Shown: piece after piece, positions 12,728-25,410 of the stretch
Numbering within the stretch: position 1 is the first letter of the stretch
How the letters are laid out: every line of letters begins with the position of its first letter
Source: Squalus acanthias
Taxonomy: Eukaryota
Direction: 5' to 3'
DNA length: 64,000 nucleotides
NCBI GenBank assembly: GCA_030390025.1
Contig: CM059430.1
Span: 98,580,001 to 98,644,000, forward strand
Position numbers and translations under genes: made by a program
The notes under the pieces: generated by a model
The model's input: only the letters and a program-made list of their open reading frames with translations
Told to the model about the DNA's origin: nothing
Database searches by the model: none

Positions 12728-13176
12728 GTACACCCGGTGTCCTGACCAACATTTATCCTTCAACCAATATCACTATAACACATTATCTGAACATGTATTT
12801 TTTTTAATTTATTCCTGGGATGTGGGCATCGCTGGCAAGGTCAGCATTTATTGCCCATCCCTGATTGCCCTTGAGAAGGTGGTGGTGAGCCACCTTCTTG
12901 AACCGCTGCAGTCCGTGTGGTGAAGGTACTCCCACTGTGTTATTAAGGAGGGTACACCCGGTGTCCTGACCAACATTTATCCTTCAACCAATATCTCTAT
13001 AACACATTATCTGAACATGTATTTTTTTTTTATTTATTCCTGGGATGTGGGCATCGCTGGCAAGGTCAGCATTTATTGCCCATCCCTGATTGCCCTTGAG
13101 AAGGTGGTGGTGAGCCACCTTCTTGAACCGCTGCAGTCCGTGTGGTGAAGGTACTCCCACTGTGTTATTAAGGAGG
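12728..13176 (+). repeat. Tandem duplication, about 224-bp unit x2
   Basis: Units begin GTACACCCGGTGTCC at 12728 and 12952; they span the SINE/LINE junction. Confidence 0.92.
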
Positions 13177-13404
13177 GTGTTCCAGGATTTTGACTCAGCG
13201 ACGATGAAGGATCGGCAATATATTTCCAAGTCAGGATGGTGTGTGACTTGGAGGGGAACTTGGAGGTGGTGGTGTTCCCATGCGCCTGCTGCCCTTGTCC
13301 TTCTAGGTGGAAGAGGTCGCGGGTTTGGGAGGTGCTGCCGAAGAAGCCTTGGCGAGTTGCTGCAGTGTATCTTGTAGATGGTACACACTGCAGCCGCGGT
13401 GCGC
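13019..13404 (-). mobile_element. CR1-clade LINE family 2, 3' end
   Basis: Matches the 3' end at 34220-34590 (IYKxHCSNSPRLLRQHLP; GGGATGGGCAATAAATGC; A tail). Confidence 0.88.
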
Positions 13405-13999
13405 CATTGCTGTTTGTAGCACCTACTGCGAGTCCCTACATTATGGCAGTGACTACTCTTCAAAAGTATTTCATTGGTTGTGAAGTGATTTCATATAACG
13501 GAAAACTGAAGCAGCAGGAAACAGTCAACATGGCCATTTACCTTCAGAATGCTAACGGCAAGTTAACTCATTTGAGTAATGTCAGCCTGTAGTGGCACCG
13601 GAGGAATATACTTGCCGGCAGCAGCCCTTCTGTGTTTTGATATGTAAGTTTACAGCAAAGATTAAACTTGGTCTATCCGTGATGTGTCAAGATCAATCTT
13701 TACACTTGGGGACTTTCAATTGGCTGTAAATCTAGCATAATTATCCAAATTAGGGCCAATAAACATATTCTAATCTCCAAATTATAATGTGTGAGCTGCA
13801 AGAAAGACATCAAATGGCTAATAAATAGGATTATAACTTATTGGAGCAAAAAGTAAGAAAAGATAAGCTAGATTACTTTGAGAAAAATAAAATTAAAGTT
13901 AAAACAAAATAAAATAATATAAAATAAAACAGAGACCTATAGGGATGACAAAGTGAACAAAGGTAAAATGCTTGCCTGGAAATTCCATGGAGATCCTCC

Positions 14000-14860
14000 A
14001 GCAGAAGATAATGGATTCCCGGGAGAAATGTCTAAAGATAGCCATTCATGCTGGTGATGGAGGGGTCGATATTGAGTCCAGTGACAGAAGCAATAGTCAA
14101 GTGAACTGATAGATGCTGTCGAGCTTGTTAAGTGTTGTTGTGACTGCATCCATCCAGCCGAATGGTGAGTATTCCATCATAACCTGCCTTAAGCCTTGTA
14201 GATGGTTTGAGGCGTTAGGAGGTGACCCACCCTTTGCAGAGTTCCTGGCCTCTGCCCTGCTCATGTAGCCATGTTGTTGATACTGCTGGTTCAGTTAAGG
14301 TTCTGGTCAATGCCAAGATGGTGGTGGGGGAACTTGGCAATGGTAGAGTTATTGAAGATCATAGGGAGATGGCTGGCCTTTCTTTTGTTTGAATCGGTCA
14401 TTGCGTGGCGCGAATATTACCTGCCACATGTTTGCCCAAGCCTCGTTGTTATCCAGGTCCTGCTCTAGGCTGGCGTGAGCTGCTTCATTATCGGAGGATT
14501 GAGCTGAACATTGTAGAATCATCAGTGAATAGTACCACTCCTCACCTTATGATGGAGGGAAGGTCATTGATGAAACAGCTGAAGATGGTTGCATCATGGA
14601 CCCTTCTCTAAGGAGCTCCTAAAGCAATGTCCTGGGGTAATGATGATTGGACTCCAACCACCACAACCATCTTTCTTTGTTTCTGATATGACTCTAGCAT
14701 TAGAGGGTTTTTTCTTCGAGCCTCATTGATCTTATTGTATCTTAGGTCCCTTGGTGCTATACTCGTTTGAATGCTTTCTTGATGTCGATGGCAGCTACTC
14801 TCATCTTTCCTCTGGCATTTGGCTCTTGTGTCGCTGTCTGGATCATGTTGGAGCTGAGTA
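14000..14860 (-). mobile_element. Degraded CR1-clade family 2 RT fragment
   Basis: Reverse-strand similarity to 28970-29060 and 33500-34200 (e.g. GATGGAGGGAAGGTCATTGATGAA). Confidence 0.75.
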
Positions 14861-15237
14861 GTTTGGTGATTTTACATTTTTAAGTGATTTTACATTTTTA
14901 CTTCCAATAATTAGTACAAATGAGATGCCTCTATCTTTTCACCTTTCTTCAGATACAATTAGTTACCATTTTCACATCTTTTCAGTGAAATGGAGTAATA
15001 AAAAAGTTTCAGTCCCCAAACATTACTGCTTCCATGAGTGAGTTATGGAACTCATGTTGATATTTAACTCCATGTTTCTACAGATTGATCAAAAAATAGA
15101 AAATGCCCTTAAATGTTCTATGAGCCTATTCCCTTTTCAATTATATCATTCTAATCTCTGCCTCAATTGCTACTTAAAGTAAAAAAAAATGAGAAGTCGC
15201 ACAACACCAGGTTATAGTCCAACAGATTTATTTAAAA

Positions 15238-15279
15238 TGACAAGCTTTCGGAGCTATCGATCGCCCCTTCTTCAGGTAA
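15238..15279 (-). ncRNA. Minimal hammerhead ribozyme motif (inverted arm)
   Basis: CUGAAGA-A-GGGGC GAUCGAUA GCUCC-GAAA-GCUU; one helix I mismatch. Confidence 0.65.
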
Positions 15280-15296
15280 AGTTCTTCATAGTAACT

Positions 15297-15338
15297 TTAC
15301 CTGAAGAAGGGGCGATCGATAGCTCCGAAAGCTTGTAA
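15297..15338 (+). ncRNA. Minimal hammerhead ribozyme motif
   Basis: UUAC-CUGAAGA-A-GGGGC GAUCGAUA GCUCC-GAAA-GCUU-GUAA. Confidence 0.75.
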
Positions 15339-16509
15339 TTTTAAATAAATCTGTTGGACTATAACCTGGTGTTGTGCGACTTCTCATTTTTGTCCACCCC
15401 GGTCCAACGCCGGCATCTCCGCATCATGACTACTTAAAGTAAAGCATGCTACATCCTAAATCATCCTCTTCTAACTTGCACTTTTGCTCTTCTCGTGATA
15501 ATCCTGAGTCTATGCTCCCTTGTTACTGATTCATCAACAAGTAGATTCATTAAATAAAATACTGCTCTTTGCTGATTTAATTCAATACTACGGATATTAA
15601 ATGTAGTATTACTGCCTGGGTCTGCAGCCATCGGAGAGGAAAGGTAGTTGCATTGTATAAGCCATTATAGAATTTGCAAGGACTATTAAGGGGCAATCTC
15701 GCAAGGAACATAGTGCTGGTGTGCAGCCTCACAAGTGCCGTGTGTGGGTCAGAAAATAGGGGCTATAGTGTTACTTCCTATCTGCACTCGCATCTAACTC
15801 CACACCAAGCCTTTGCAAAATTACCCCTTAGAGTCTTCACTACACCTAGGTTTCAATATCTGCCAACTTTTATATGGAGCATCTGTGCCTGTCTAAGCAA
15901 GAAGCAGCTTCTAATGGCTATGTAAACAGCCTAACAGAAGCTGTGCTCTTTTGAACTCCAGCAACATCAGTTATCATTACACAAACTTAATCTGTTTAAG
16001 TACGCACAGATGATGTGTTCATCATGTGCAAAAATTAAAGAATACGAAGAGCTGGAGTAAGATAAATGGCCCATGTTCCCATTCCCTGTGCTGTTTTAAT
16101 TCAACAGAAGGCTGAATTTCCTCTCAGCAACCTTTTTTCAACCTCTCTTTCATGGCAGTTTTAGGCTTTTAGGACAAAGGACATTTTTCATCTACACTTG
16201 TGCATCAGAAAGGGTCAGCACCAAGGGCAGGAGGAATAGAAGATATATGACAAGAACCCATGGGATATGATTTGTATTTGAAGAGTGGACTGACTTGGTA
16301 ACTCCCAAGTGACCAAGTCCAACATGAGTTAATCAGTGCCACAAGTGGAACAATCATAGGATAACTTCACCAATCATCTGCTCCCAGGAAGGCGCTGCTC
16401 TCAAAGAGGAGTACAGGTTGGAGATGTGGCTCTCTTTCAACGCAGCACTTTGCTGGGAGAGTGGGCTCAGTCAATTTACTCCTGTATCTCGTGGCACCTA
16501 TCGTTATTC

Positions 16510-17256
16510 TGTAGACACTAGTTTCCGCTCGATTGCTTTGGTTTATTTGCCGCAATTCCCCTGTTATCGGCGTACCCACCGCGAAAGATCGCAGAGTTTT
16601 AAGCGCAAATTGTGTTCAGCGCAATTTGCGTTTCCGCGATCTTTTGCGCTAGTTTTTAAAACATTGCGCTAGAAGCCAGCCCCACCCACTAAACTGGCCA
16701 CGCCACCAGCGTGAATTCATCACCATTGGGAGTTTCCGCTAATTGTACTCGTTTGTGGGCCTTCGAGGAGGCTCCAAAAATTAAGCTGGAACTTTTGGAA
16801 GCAAGGACACTAACAGGTACGTTTTGAAGGGTTTTGAATGAAAACATTTTTTAAATTTACTAAGGAATTTGCTACTGTACCCCAATCTAACTAGAAAATA
16901 GTTTTGTATATTTTTTAAAAGTCATTTTCAGTCATTTAAAATTGGGTTACTCGCAGGTGGTGGATCGACACTGTGACTTAAAATGCTTATTTTTTGTGAT
17001 AATCCTATTTTCAGCTGTATTAATCAAACTTTACCAAATATATCAAGAAATATTTTTTAAGGAAAATTATTTTTTACAAATTACAGTTTAAAACACTGCC
17101 CGATTGCGTTGGTTCATGGCAGATTTTACGTTTGGCAATATGCAAATGAGTTTGAGCTTAAACTCGGGGGAAAAAAACACTTTTCATAGCGGGCATAATT
17201 TTGAACGCAATTTGCACCGGAATCGCCGATTGCGCCCAAAGTGGAAATGCTACCCC
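16510..17256. mobile_element. Probable Harbinger-type MITE, left TIR degraded
   Basis: CpG-rich arms with an AT-rich core; right end GGAAATGCTACCCC. Confidence 0.55.
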
Positions 17257-19342
17257 TGTTAGATTAATAATTAAATTGAGAAAAATTTCACGTAATTGTT
17301 AAATGTTGAAAGTGAACTAAATTGATGCATGGATTACTCCATCGATGTCACTCACAGTACCACGTCTTCTTAATTGTGACCACATGATGCATAAGAAAAC
17401 TATTTCATGTCGATGATTTCAGCATAAGTAGGATAGTCATCTGGATCCGAGCACTTAAAAACACTTACTTGCTCCACCTAACATATATGTCAACAATACA
17501 GTCCTGATCCATATCCCAGAGTGGATAAAGAGTATAAAATGCTAAAATGTATTTGCCTTCTGTATTAGTTTTGGATGTCGGCGCTCCCATTGCTTCCTTA
17601 TTAAATTATCTTAATATTCTTGAATAAATTCTCCACGGACCAAGTACTTTATATCTACTTTCAAAGCTCTTGGGCCCCTAATAAATGTAAACCTATTGAA
17701 ATAAGATTGTTATTCACACCACATAATAATATGCAAAATATTAGAGTATCTATAATGTTCTCTCATGTATAGTGTACATTAATTACAGCTCCAATCAAGT
17801 GGAAAAATTATACAAAATGCCTCTTCTATCACATACCTTTTGGATGACTCCCACTGACATCCTTATAAAAAGGGCCTGGCGTACTATGTTATTGTAAAGT
17901 ATTGCTTTAGTTGGCAGTTCTTCTTGTTTTCATTCACAGGTTGTATTCTAGAAAGCTAATGAGGTTGCACTGAATGGTGGAATTTAGCAAACGGATTAGA
18001 GAAAAAGCTTCTTGTCTCATCTCAAAGATTGGTGGCACCCCAGGGAAACCAGATACGGGTATGTGCGCAGGCCATTATCAGAGTGTCTATGCATTTTGAA
18101 ATGTTGAATCCATTTAGAATGACTGAAGTTGGTCCTTTAATGATACTGGAATTTTTGAAAAGTCTGAGATGTTACCTTCTGTTTGGGCAGAATAACATCA
18201 CATTAAAATTGATGCCTTACAGCCCCAAACATATTCCAGCCTAAAACTCCAGGAACAGATCAGTTGACAAGATAATGAGTTCATGCTATTGAATAACTCC
18301 CTAGCTATTTTATCAACATATTTCTCCTTTTAATTTTCATTTACAAGTTTGCAATTTGCAGTATTTTTATCCATGCTGTCAAGACAGGTACTCACAATCA
18401 CAGACATGACAACACCAATGAGACAGGTGAATGTTTGTGATGCGGCCAATAAAAATAAGCTAATTAGTTTAAAACACTTAATTAACTATAAATTCTAACT
18501 TCATTTGAATTGCTTCTGTTTTGTCTTCACTTTCTCATTTAATCTTCAGATACTCTGGGGGTGCTACAGAATGCTGGTTTAATAAAGCTGTCAAAATGAT
18601 GAAACTGTGATGTTAACATATGTAAGTCACCATGGCTGTGATAGTCTGACTTCTGAACTTTGAGATACTTTAGATACGTGACAGTAAGTGCAGTTACTCC
18701 CTGCTCAGGCAGGAGCACAGCAGATTCTGATGCAGATTCAGGACCTCTTAACTGACATAAGTTGATGCCCAATCAAAAGTTAATTGGAATTCTAACCACT
18801 TCAATAAGGAATAATGAGGTGCTTTACCAATAGTTTAGTGACCGTGAAAGACACAAAATGGAGACCAAGGCGAAAGTGCCAAGATGACTGCAATTTGTAA
18901 AGGCAGAATTGTTTATTTGGGTGAAATAATTCATCAAAACCAACAGTCTTTAGACTTAAATTGAATATCAAAATAACTATGGACTTTGACATCTCAACAA
19001 AGCATCAAAAATTCCATAAAATTCACAGGATTGCTATCAAGGGATTTATGACTTTAAACGGGTGGTAACAAAGAAAGTGGAACGTGATTTTAAAAAAGGA
19101 CCATCACGCAATAAAGAAGCCACTTTAGTATTGCATGAAGTTCTGGGCACCTCATTATAGGAAGGGTATTAGAGGCACAGAAATGATTCACTTGAATAAT
19201 AAACAAGAAAGCTCAAATAATAAAGAAAGGGAAAACCCTTACTTGTCATTGGATCCTCCACAGGGCTTTCGTGGGGTTGAACTATACAAGCTAGAGGTTC
19301 TGTAACACCAATCAAGAAGTCACCTCAGCCATGGAAATCAAA

Positions 19343-19470
19343 GTCATGATGCGGAGATGCCGGTGTTGGACTGGGGTGGACAAAAGTGAGAAGTCGCACA
19401 ACACCAGGTTATAGTCCAACAGCTTTATTTGAAATCACAAGCTTTCGGAGCGCTGCTCCTTCGTCAGGTG
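19343..19470 (-). mobile_element. Short Penelope pLTR-end insertion
   Basis: Homologous to 7900-8028; flanked by direct repeat GAAATCAAA. Confidence 0.88.
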
Positions 19471-19471
19471 A
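19435..19471 (-). ncRNA. Minimal hammerhead ribozyme motif
   Basis: UCAC-CUGACGA-A-GGAGC AGC GCUCC-GAAA-GCUU-GUGA; compensatory helix I change relative to the other copies. Confidence 0.8.
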
Positions 19472-20177
19472 AATCAAATGCTGAGTCCTTCTACTTCCAC
19501 CCTCTACCATCCCTGATCTTGTTGAAGGGCTGTATACATCTGCTTCTTCTGGCACAGACCACGCCAATGCCCGGGTAGACTCTTGCATCTTTAATGATAT
19601 TATGCAATTGGATAAAGCATACTTGGCAGAGAGATTGCCCGTTTAGTCAATCTGCTCACCAGATTGAGGGAAAACCAGCAAGTTTCCTCCGTGCTGCTTA
19701 ATGACATTTTTAGTCAGAGCTCTCATTAATCTGCTGAAGCCCTTCCCATGACAAGTCGGATGCAGGCATCCAATTTTGAGGATAAGGGGACCTCCAATCT
19801 GAAGTACCATCCTGTGGAGTATCCTTCCAGTGCCGTGTCCTCCCAAAGCTAGGACAAATGTACATAGAGTTTGTTAAGATATGCATTGATTAAACTGATT
19901 TTCTTATTTCATTCATTTACTAGTGCATCATTTGTTCCAGTATGGAACAGTATTACTTTTGCAATGCAGACATTGTATAGTTGTATATTTGTATAGTTGT
20001 ATATTTGTATATTATACAATGACCATTTGTATGTTTTTACAGCATTTTCTACTTATTTACACACTAGCTCAGGTTATGATGAAAGTTACTGCCCCGCACT
20101 GTAAACTGCTTTTCTCAGCACAAGTTGATATCTACTTTACTTGTAATATTCTGGGGTGTTTTGCAGCAAAAGATTAT

Positions 20178-21716
20178 GGCGATTAAATTGGATAACCGCC
20201 GAAAATGGGCGCAGGGATCGCGATGCGTGATTAACCCGCGTCGGTTGATTGCAATGCAGGAAGGACGGCAGCTCCGTGCTACCTGCTCATTTCCATGATT
20301 TCTGCGTGCAGCCAGCGCTCCCCACACTGTTCATTGGCTGCACGCATCAGCAGGCGGCCCAATATCGTGCATGCCTAGCACTACTTAAAGCTAGCCTGCA
20401 GCTCTTAAAGGGGAGGTGCAGTGTGGCTGCTGGTTGTGCTGAGATCATTCTGAATATTGTGCTGTGGAAGCTGACCATGGGAGAGAGCATGCACCAAGGT
20501 TTTCAGATGCTGCACTGGAGGTCTTGGTGGAAGAGGTGGAAAGGAGGAGAGATGTCCTGTATCCTCAGGGGGGCCAGAGGCCCTCCAGACACATGCTCAG
20601 AAGGCAGTGGAAAGAGATAGCGGTGGAGGTCAATGCCAGGAGTGTAGCCCCCTAGAACCTGGAGGCAGTACAGGAAGAAGTTTAATGATCTCACACGAGT
20701 TGTCAAAGTTAGGATTGCCTCTTCAAATGCCATATCCTACCAACTGCACCACTAGCCTCAGCCACTGCTCAATTCACTACACCCCCATCACTCACGTACC
20801 AACAATCTCTATCAATCAAGACTCATACCTAACATTCATATGCTTCACCTCACCCTCGCACACTTATCACTGTTGCAAGCCTCATACCCACATTTCATAG
20901 CTTGCACACACTGCCAGCTATTCAACCATGACAGCCACATCACCCAAACATATTGCACGACACTCATTGACACACTTGCAGGAGAAGGTGGCGCACAACA
21001 GGAGGCAGCAGGAATTAATGGGAGGGGGAAAAGCACACTTGCATGTTTTAACCCCCATGGAAGAGACAGTGCGGGCCATTATGGGAAGGAGCATTCCTAA
21101 GAGCCCTTCTCCTCCTCCTCCCTCTTCTAGCAGCTCGTCCTGCTCTGCGTGGCCTCCGCTCATTTTTCCAGTCATGTTCAATACCAAGAGGAAGCCTTAA
21201 TAGGTAACCCACATCTGGAAGCAACTGATTTGTGCGGAAGCCTTTAAGTCACCGAAAAAGTATTTCAGCACCAGCCAGACCACTCCCTGTAGACTATTGA
21301 AACTTTAAACAAGAATGGAAAAGCACCCAAAATAGGTGGAATTGCAGCAACAGAAATAATCCAACAACTAACCTGCAAGCAGTTGATGATCCCTTTAAAA
21401 AGCGCTGGTGGGGAGGGGGGGGGCGTTCTTCATGTCATTTAACGTGTGTTCAATTGTGCGAGGTTAAGAGAGAGCGTAGGCTGGAACATGACGCTCCAAA
21501 ATGGGAGTGCTGTTGTCAAATCTGCATTACACGCTGATTGACGTCATGATCTGCCTGCTCTGCATGGTCATTAGGTGCGTGCGCGCAAACCCCTTTACCA
21601 AGATGACGTCCAGCGCACTTCCTGGTGGAAGGGTGCACGTGCATCACGGACGCCATTTTCATCGTTTAAGAGGCCTCATAGCACCCATAAATGGACCAGA
21701 GCCCAATTTCACCCCC
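20178..21716. mobile_element. Internally deleted PIF/Harbinger transposon
   Basis: Right TIR CCCAATTTCACCCC, degenerate left TIR; contains the Myb/SANT gene 5' part. Confidence 0.8.
20464..21090 (+). pseudogene. Harbinger Myb/SANT-like gene remnant (two exons)
   Basis: HAPRFSDAALEVLVEEVERRRDVLYP...QWKEIAVEVNA...RKKFNDLTRVVK / intron 20708-20981 / EKVAHNRRQQELMGGG. Confidence 0.85.
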
Positions 21717-23184
21717 GATTTCTCTAACTATAGCTTCAGAGTCACCTTTTTTACTTTTACACCAGCTTTTCAATTCAGTTTCACGTTGAGTGGAAGCCCG
21801 CACTGTGTTGGCTGTTCACTCTTTTACGTGGAGCTGCTGCAATTTCTGGAAAGTTTAGGCCTAAGGGAGTGGAATTTCTTGTGTCTTTGTGGCCAGAGAC
21901 ACACGTAATAAGGGAATAAAGGCAAATACCCAGCCTGAAAGATCAAGGAAACTTGGTCGCAATAGCCTTACGCATGTAATTGTGCTACGCCTGAATGCCC
22001 TCCATCTTTTACGCCCATCTGTCGACCCCTGCGCCCCAACGCCTCTCGGCTGATTATAATGGCCCCCAAGCTACACGTGAATTTCCTGCACTTATGTTGG
22101 TTTGAAGCGGATGTCAAACCATCCCCAGAATTTTAGGTGCCGCAGGAAACAGAATCATTTCTTTGCTATTTTATTGTGATTTTTTAAGTGATTTTTAAGA
22201 AAATTATCCTCACTGAGACCTGCTCTTTATTTTCCGTTTCTTTGAATACATTTTTATGGCATCAGTATGAGGCACATTAAAAATTGAAAAGCTTCTACAA
22301 TTGCATGCTCTAAAACATGCTGTGCCTAATGTGCATGAAAGATGGTTAGATGGCTTGAAACTTTAATTTTCATACTTAAGGAAGGAATATATGGTGTAAG
22401 TTCCCTGCTTTCCTCAGGCCCTGATTGTTTACGCTGATTTCTGCTGGTTTACTCCGATTTTTATGCTCCGGTGTGTTCCAATGTGATTTGCAGGAGGTTT
22501 AGGTGTAAATTGACATTGGCAAAATGGACGCGTGAATGGGCATAATTCTGGGCGTAACTTCCCGAGCGTTCCCCCACCCCACGGGAAATTCCACAACCTG
22601 AGCATCCTTCTATCCTACATAGATTTATGTAGAGCACATCAGTTCCGGCAGAGGAATTATTTCTGCCATATAACTGTTAAACTTGCATCCATTTGCAATG
22701 CGTTCATTCGAAATAATGCACCAATATAAAGTGATTCAAAGAGGATTCATTACACGTGCTGCGGTACGGGACTAAACTAGATTTTTCATCTGCTCATAAT
22801 AAATGATGTAAAATCTAACTTAGTGAGTACATGATGTCTCCACTTACATCAATATAATATGTGCGCACATTTTACCAGATGCAACGTGACAGCTATTTAA
22901 AAAGAACACATTCAATTGCATTGATTTATAGTCCACTGGAATAGATTAAGTCCTGTTTTAAGTGTGACTTGTAATATGGCAGCGTATCCCATCTAACTGT
23001 TTGGAATTTGGATTGTGGCTTAAGTTAACTGGTTCCCCTGCACCTCGCCCATTCAATAACTGGCCCAAATCCACCAGTATAAAACAGTTAAACTGTCCAA
23101 ATTGCTGTTAATATTGTCCAAAGTAGTTCTAGCATTTTGACTTTTCAAAATTGCATTAACTCACCATAAAAATTCCTATCACTT

Positions 23185-24021
23185 GGGGCTGGATTTTGCC
23201 AATAGGGAGCTTTTGGAGGCGGGACTCACACTTGTCGGGTTTTAGTCCCGCCTCCACCGACTTCTGGCCAACCCACGCTATTTTCCCTTGATTGACTTTG
23301 TTAAGCCCGCCCAGCGGGCTTAGCAGACCAATTAAGGGGAAGCCAGTTACAGATAACGTCAGCGTATGATGTTCCATCTGTCAAAAATTTTTGACAGATG
23401 AATTGTCATCGTTTGACAGCTCTGTGAAGCTGTCAAACACTGACATTCTCTGTAGTTTGATGAGTTCTTGTATTCAAGACTCATCAAACCTCTTTCTTTA
23501 GCAGAAATTAGATGGTTGTTGCATTGGAGAATGCAGCGGCCATCTGTCATCTCCGCCGCGGAGATGCGAGACTCTCCGCATCCCCAACGATTGAAGCCTG
23601 CAGGAAGAAACAAAGGTAAGTAAACGTTTTCTAACACTTTCCACTTACCTCATATACTCACCTCTCCACACTTGCACCCATCACTTACCTTCACAGCACA
23701 CTTTTGGACCCCGCAGACCCCCGCAGACCCACTACTCGCCTCGCTGACCCTGGCGGGGTTTGCAGCCTTCGGGAAGCCTGCACTTGTGTGCATAAAATGG
23801 GGATAATCCTCTTATCTGCCTGTTAACAGGCAGTTAAGTGGCTGTAATCCCCTTCCCGCCTCCAAGGAGACGGGACCCGGCGCGGGTCGGCTACCCGCCT
23901 CCTGGCAAGATGGCACGGAGGCGGGTTGGGGACGGGATGGGCACCCGCCCCCAGATTCTGCCATTTTCCCGGCAGTCCCGCCTATCCATGCCAGTGCCCC
24001 ATCTCAATTGAAATTCAGCAA
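23185..24021. mobile_element. Harbinger-type non-autonomous element
   Basis: Left GGGGCTGGATTTTG, right GAAATTCAGC; GGCGGG/CCCGCC subterminal motifs also seen in 29082-30620. Confidence 0.65.
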
Positions 24022-25410
24022 AGAGATTTCTAGTAGTGAAGCTTTTACTAACCTTCCTTTAAAGGCTTTACAGAACACTAGCTGTAAATAAGTGAAATTA
24101 CACTTCTCCATGATTTAGAAAATTTTAGGTTCTGCCTTGAGTTAAAAGTCAACACATTTCAAAGCAAATCACTTCAGTTTCAGTGAAAAACGCCAAGATT
24201 TTTTTGGACACTATAAGCATAATTCTTCACGTCACTGGCAGGAATTCAAATCGAATAATTTATAACTACAAATCATCCACGGTGTTGCTCCATGGAACAC
24301 ATTTACTTGCCGGCTTATTCTAATTGATTTTTAAGTTAGCTCAAGGGCAAGTGAAAAACTGTTTTTGGCTAACGTTTCACTATTTAAAGATCCAGATAAT
24401 GAAAGCTGACATTGTAGGCTCAAATAGAAGCGGAATGTGTCTTTGGAATAAATAGATAATTTAATGTATATAGATGGCTCTGCAAAGCACAACAAAAAGC
24501 CACAGACAGTTTATGGCTTGAAAACATTTTTGTACCTACATTACCTTTTTAATTAATATGGATTTACGTCAAGTACGTTCTATTAATAGTAATGCCTTTC
24601 TGATGATAGTACATGTCTTGATATGAGGAGATCCATCGATCAGAGAGGAATCTAGGCAACACTTTGTAATTAAAAGGTTGATATCTGAATAATGCAATCA
24701 AAAATTCAAATGTTTAGTCTTTGTTTATTGACTATGTCTGCCAGACATTTTCTATTCATCCTTAAAGTTCCAAGCCAACTAGACAAATTAAAACACAACA
24801 GTTATGATTAATTTTGATAAAATATCAAAGCTATTAGAAATTCATGTTTTCTGTCTTAAGGGTTAAAAGACAGACACATGCGGTGGAAGTCTGTTTAGAA
24901 TTTAACCAAAATTTTTTTTTATGCCAATATTGATGGAAGAAGGTTTAATGTGTTAGTATGCTAAAACGGTTAATGTCTGTGTTAAATTAGGCTGAAGAAT
25001 GTTATATAAAAGAGTTAAGCATTCATCCAGCATTATTGCCAATAATAATTTTTGAGCCTTTGCACAGGTCTCAAATGGACTTGATCAATATTTCAAGCTT
25101 TAGGTTTAAGGGGATGGACTAATTTACTCTTGGTTTTTCACTACAGAAAAGATGTAAGAAATCCATTATTGGTAGAATACTTACTGTGCTTAGAAAAGAG
25201 CCCAAGTACTTCTGATAGATGGTAGAAATTGAGATATTTTCAGAGAATGAAAAGGCTGTGAGCTGTCATTTCTGTGCTAATGGGCAACCCAACAGATTTC
25301 CAGTTAGCAGGACTACTTCTTAAAGTGCTTTTTGCTTTGAATCTGCTATTGCCTTGAGAAGGGTGTCTTAACAGAACTTCTAACAGAAAGATTCCTAGTA
25401 ACAACTGATT

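Larger units (their letters stand above)
12518..13490 (+). mobile_element. tRNA-headed Deu-domain SINE (SacSINE1-like), split by a LINE
   Basis: Head TGGCTCAGTGGTAG...; Deu core GATGAGACGTTAAACCGAGG...GCACTATTTGAAAAAGAGCAGGGG; resumes at about 13405 (CATTGCTGTTTGT...CAGTGACTAC...TTCAAAAGTA). Confidence 0.8.
15184..15429 (+). mobile_element. Foldback mini Penelope-like insertion (inverted pLTR ends only)
   Basis: 99-bp arms 15185-15283 / 15293-15391 with 1 mismatch, 9-nt spacer, unpaired 3' tail; 14-bp TSD CTACTTAAAGTAAA (15170-15183, 15430-15443). Confidence 0.92.

Noticed and set aside
13548-13643. AG...GTAAGT-bounded exon-like segment
   Set aside because: Stops in all three frames
21780-22600. 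Possible additional MITE
   Set aside because: GC-arm/AT-core pattern, but I could not define matching TIRs or a TSD
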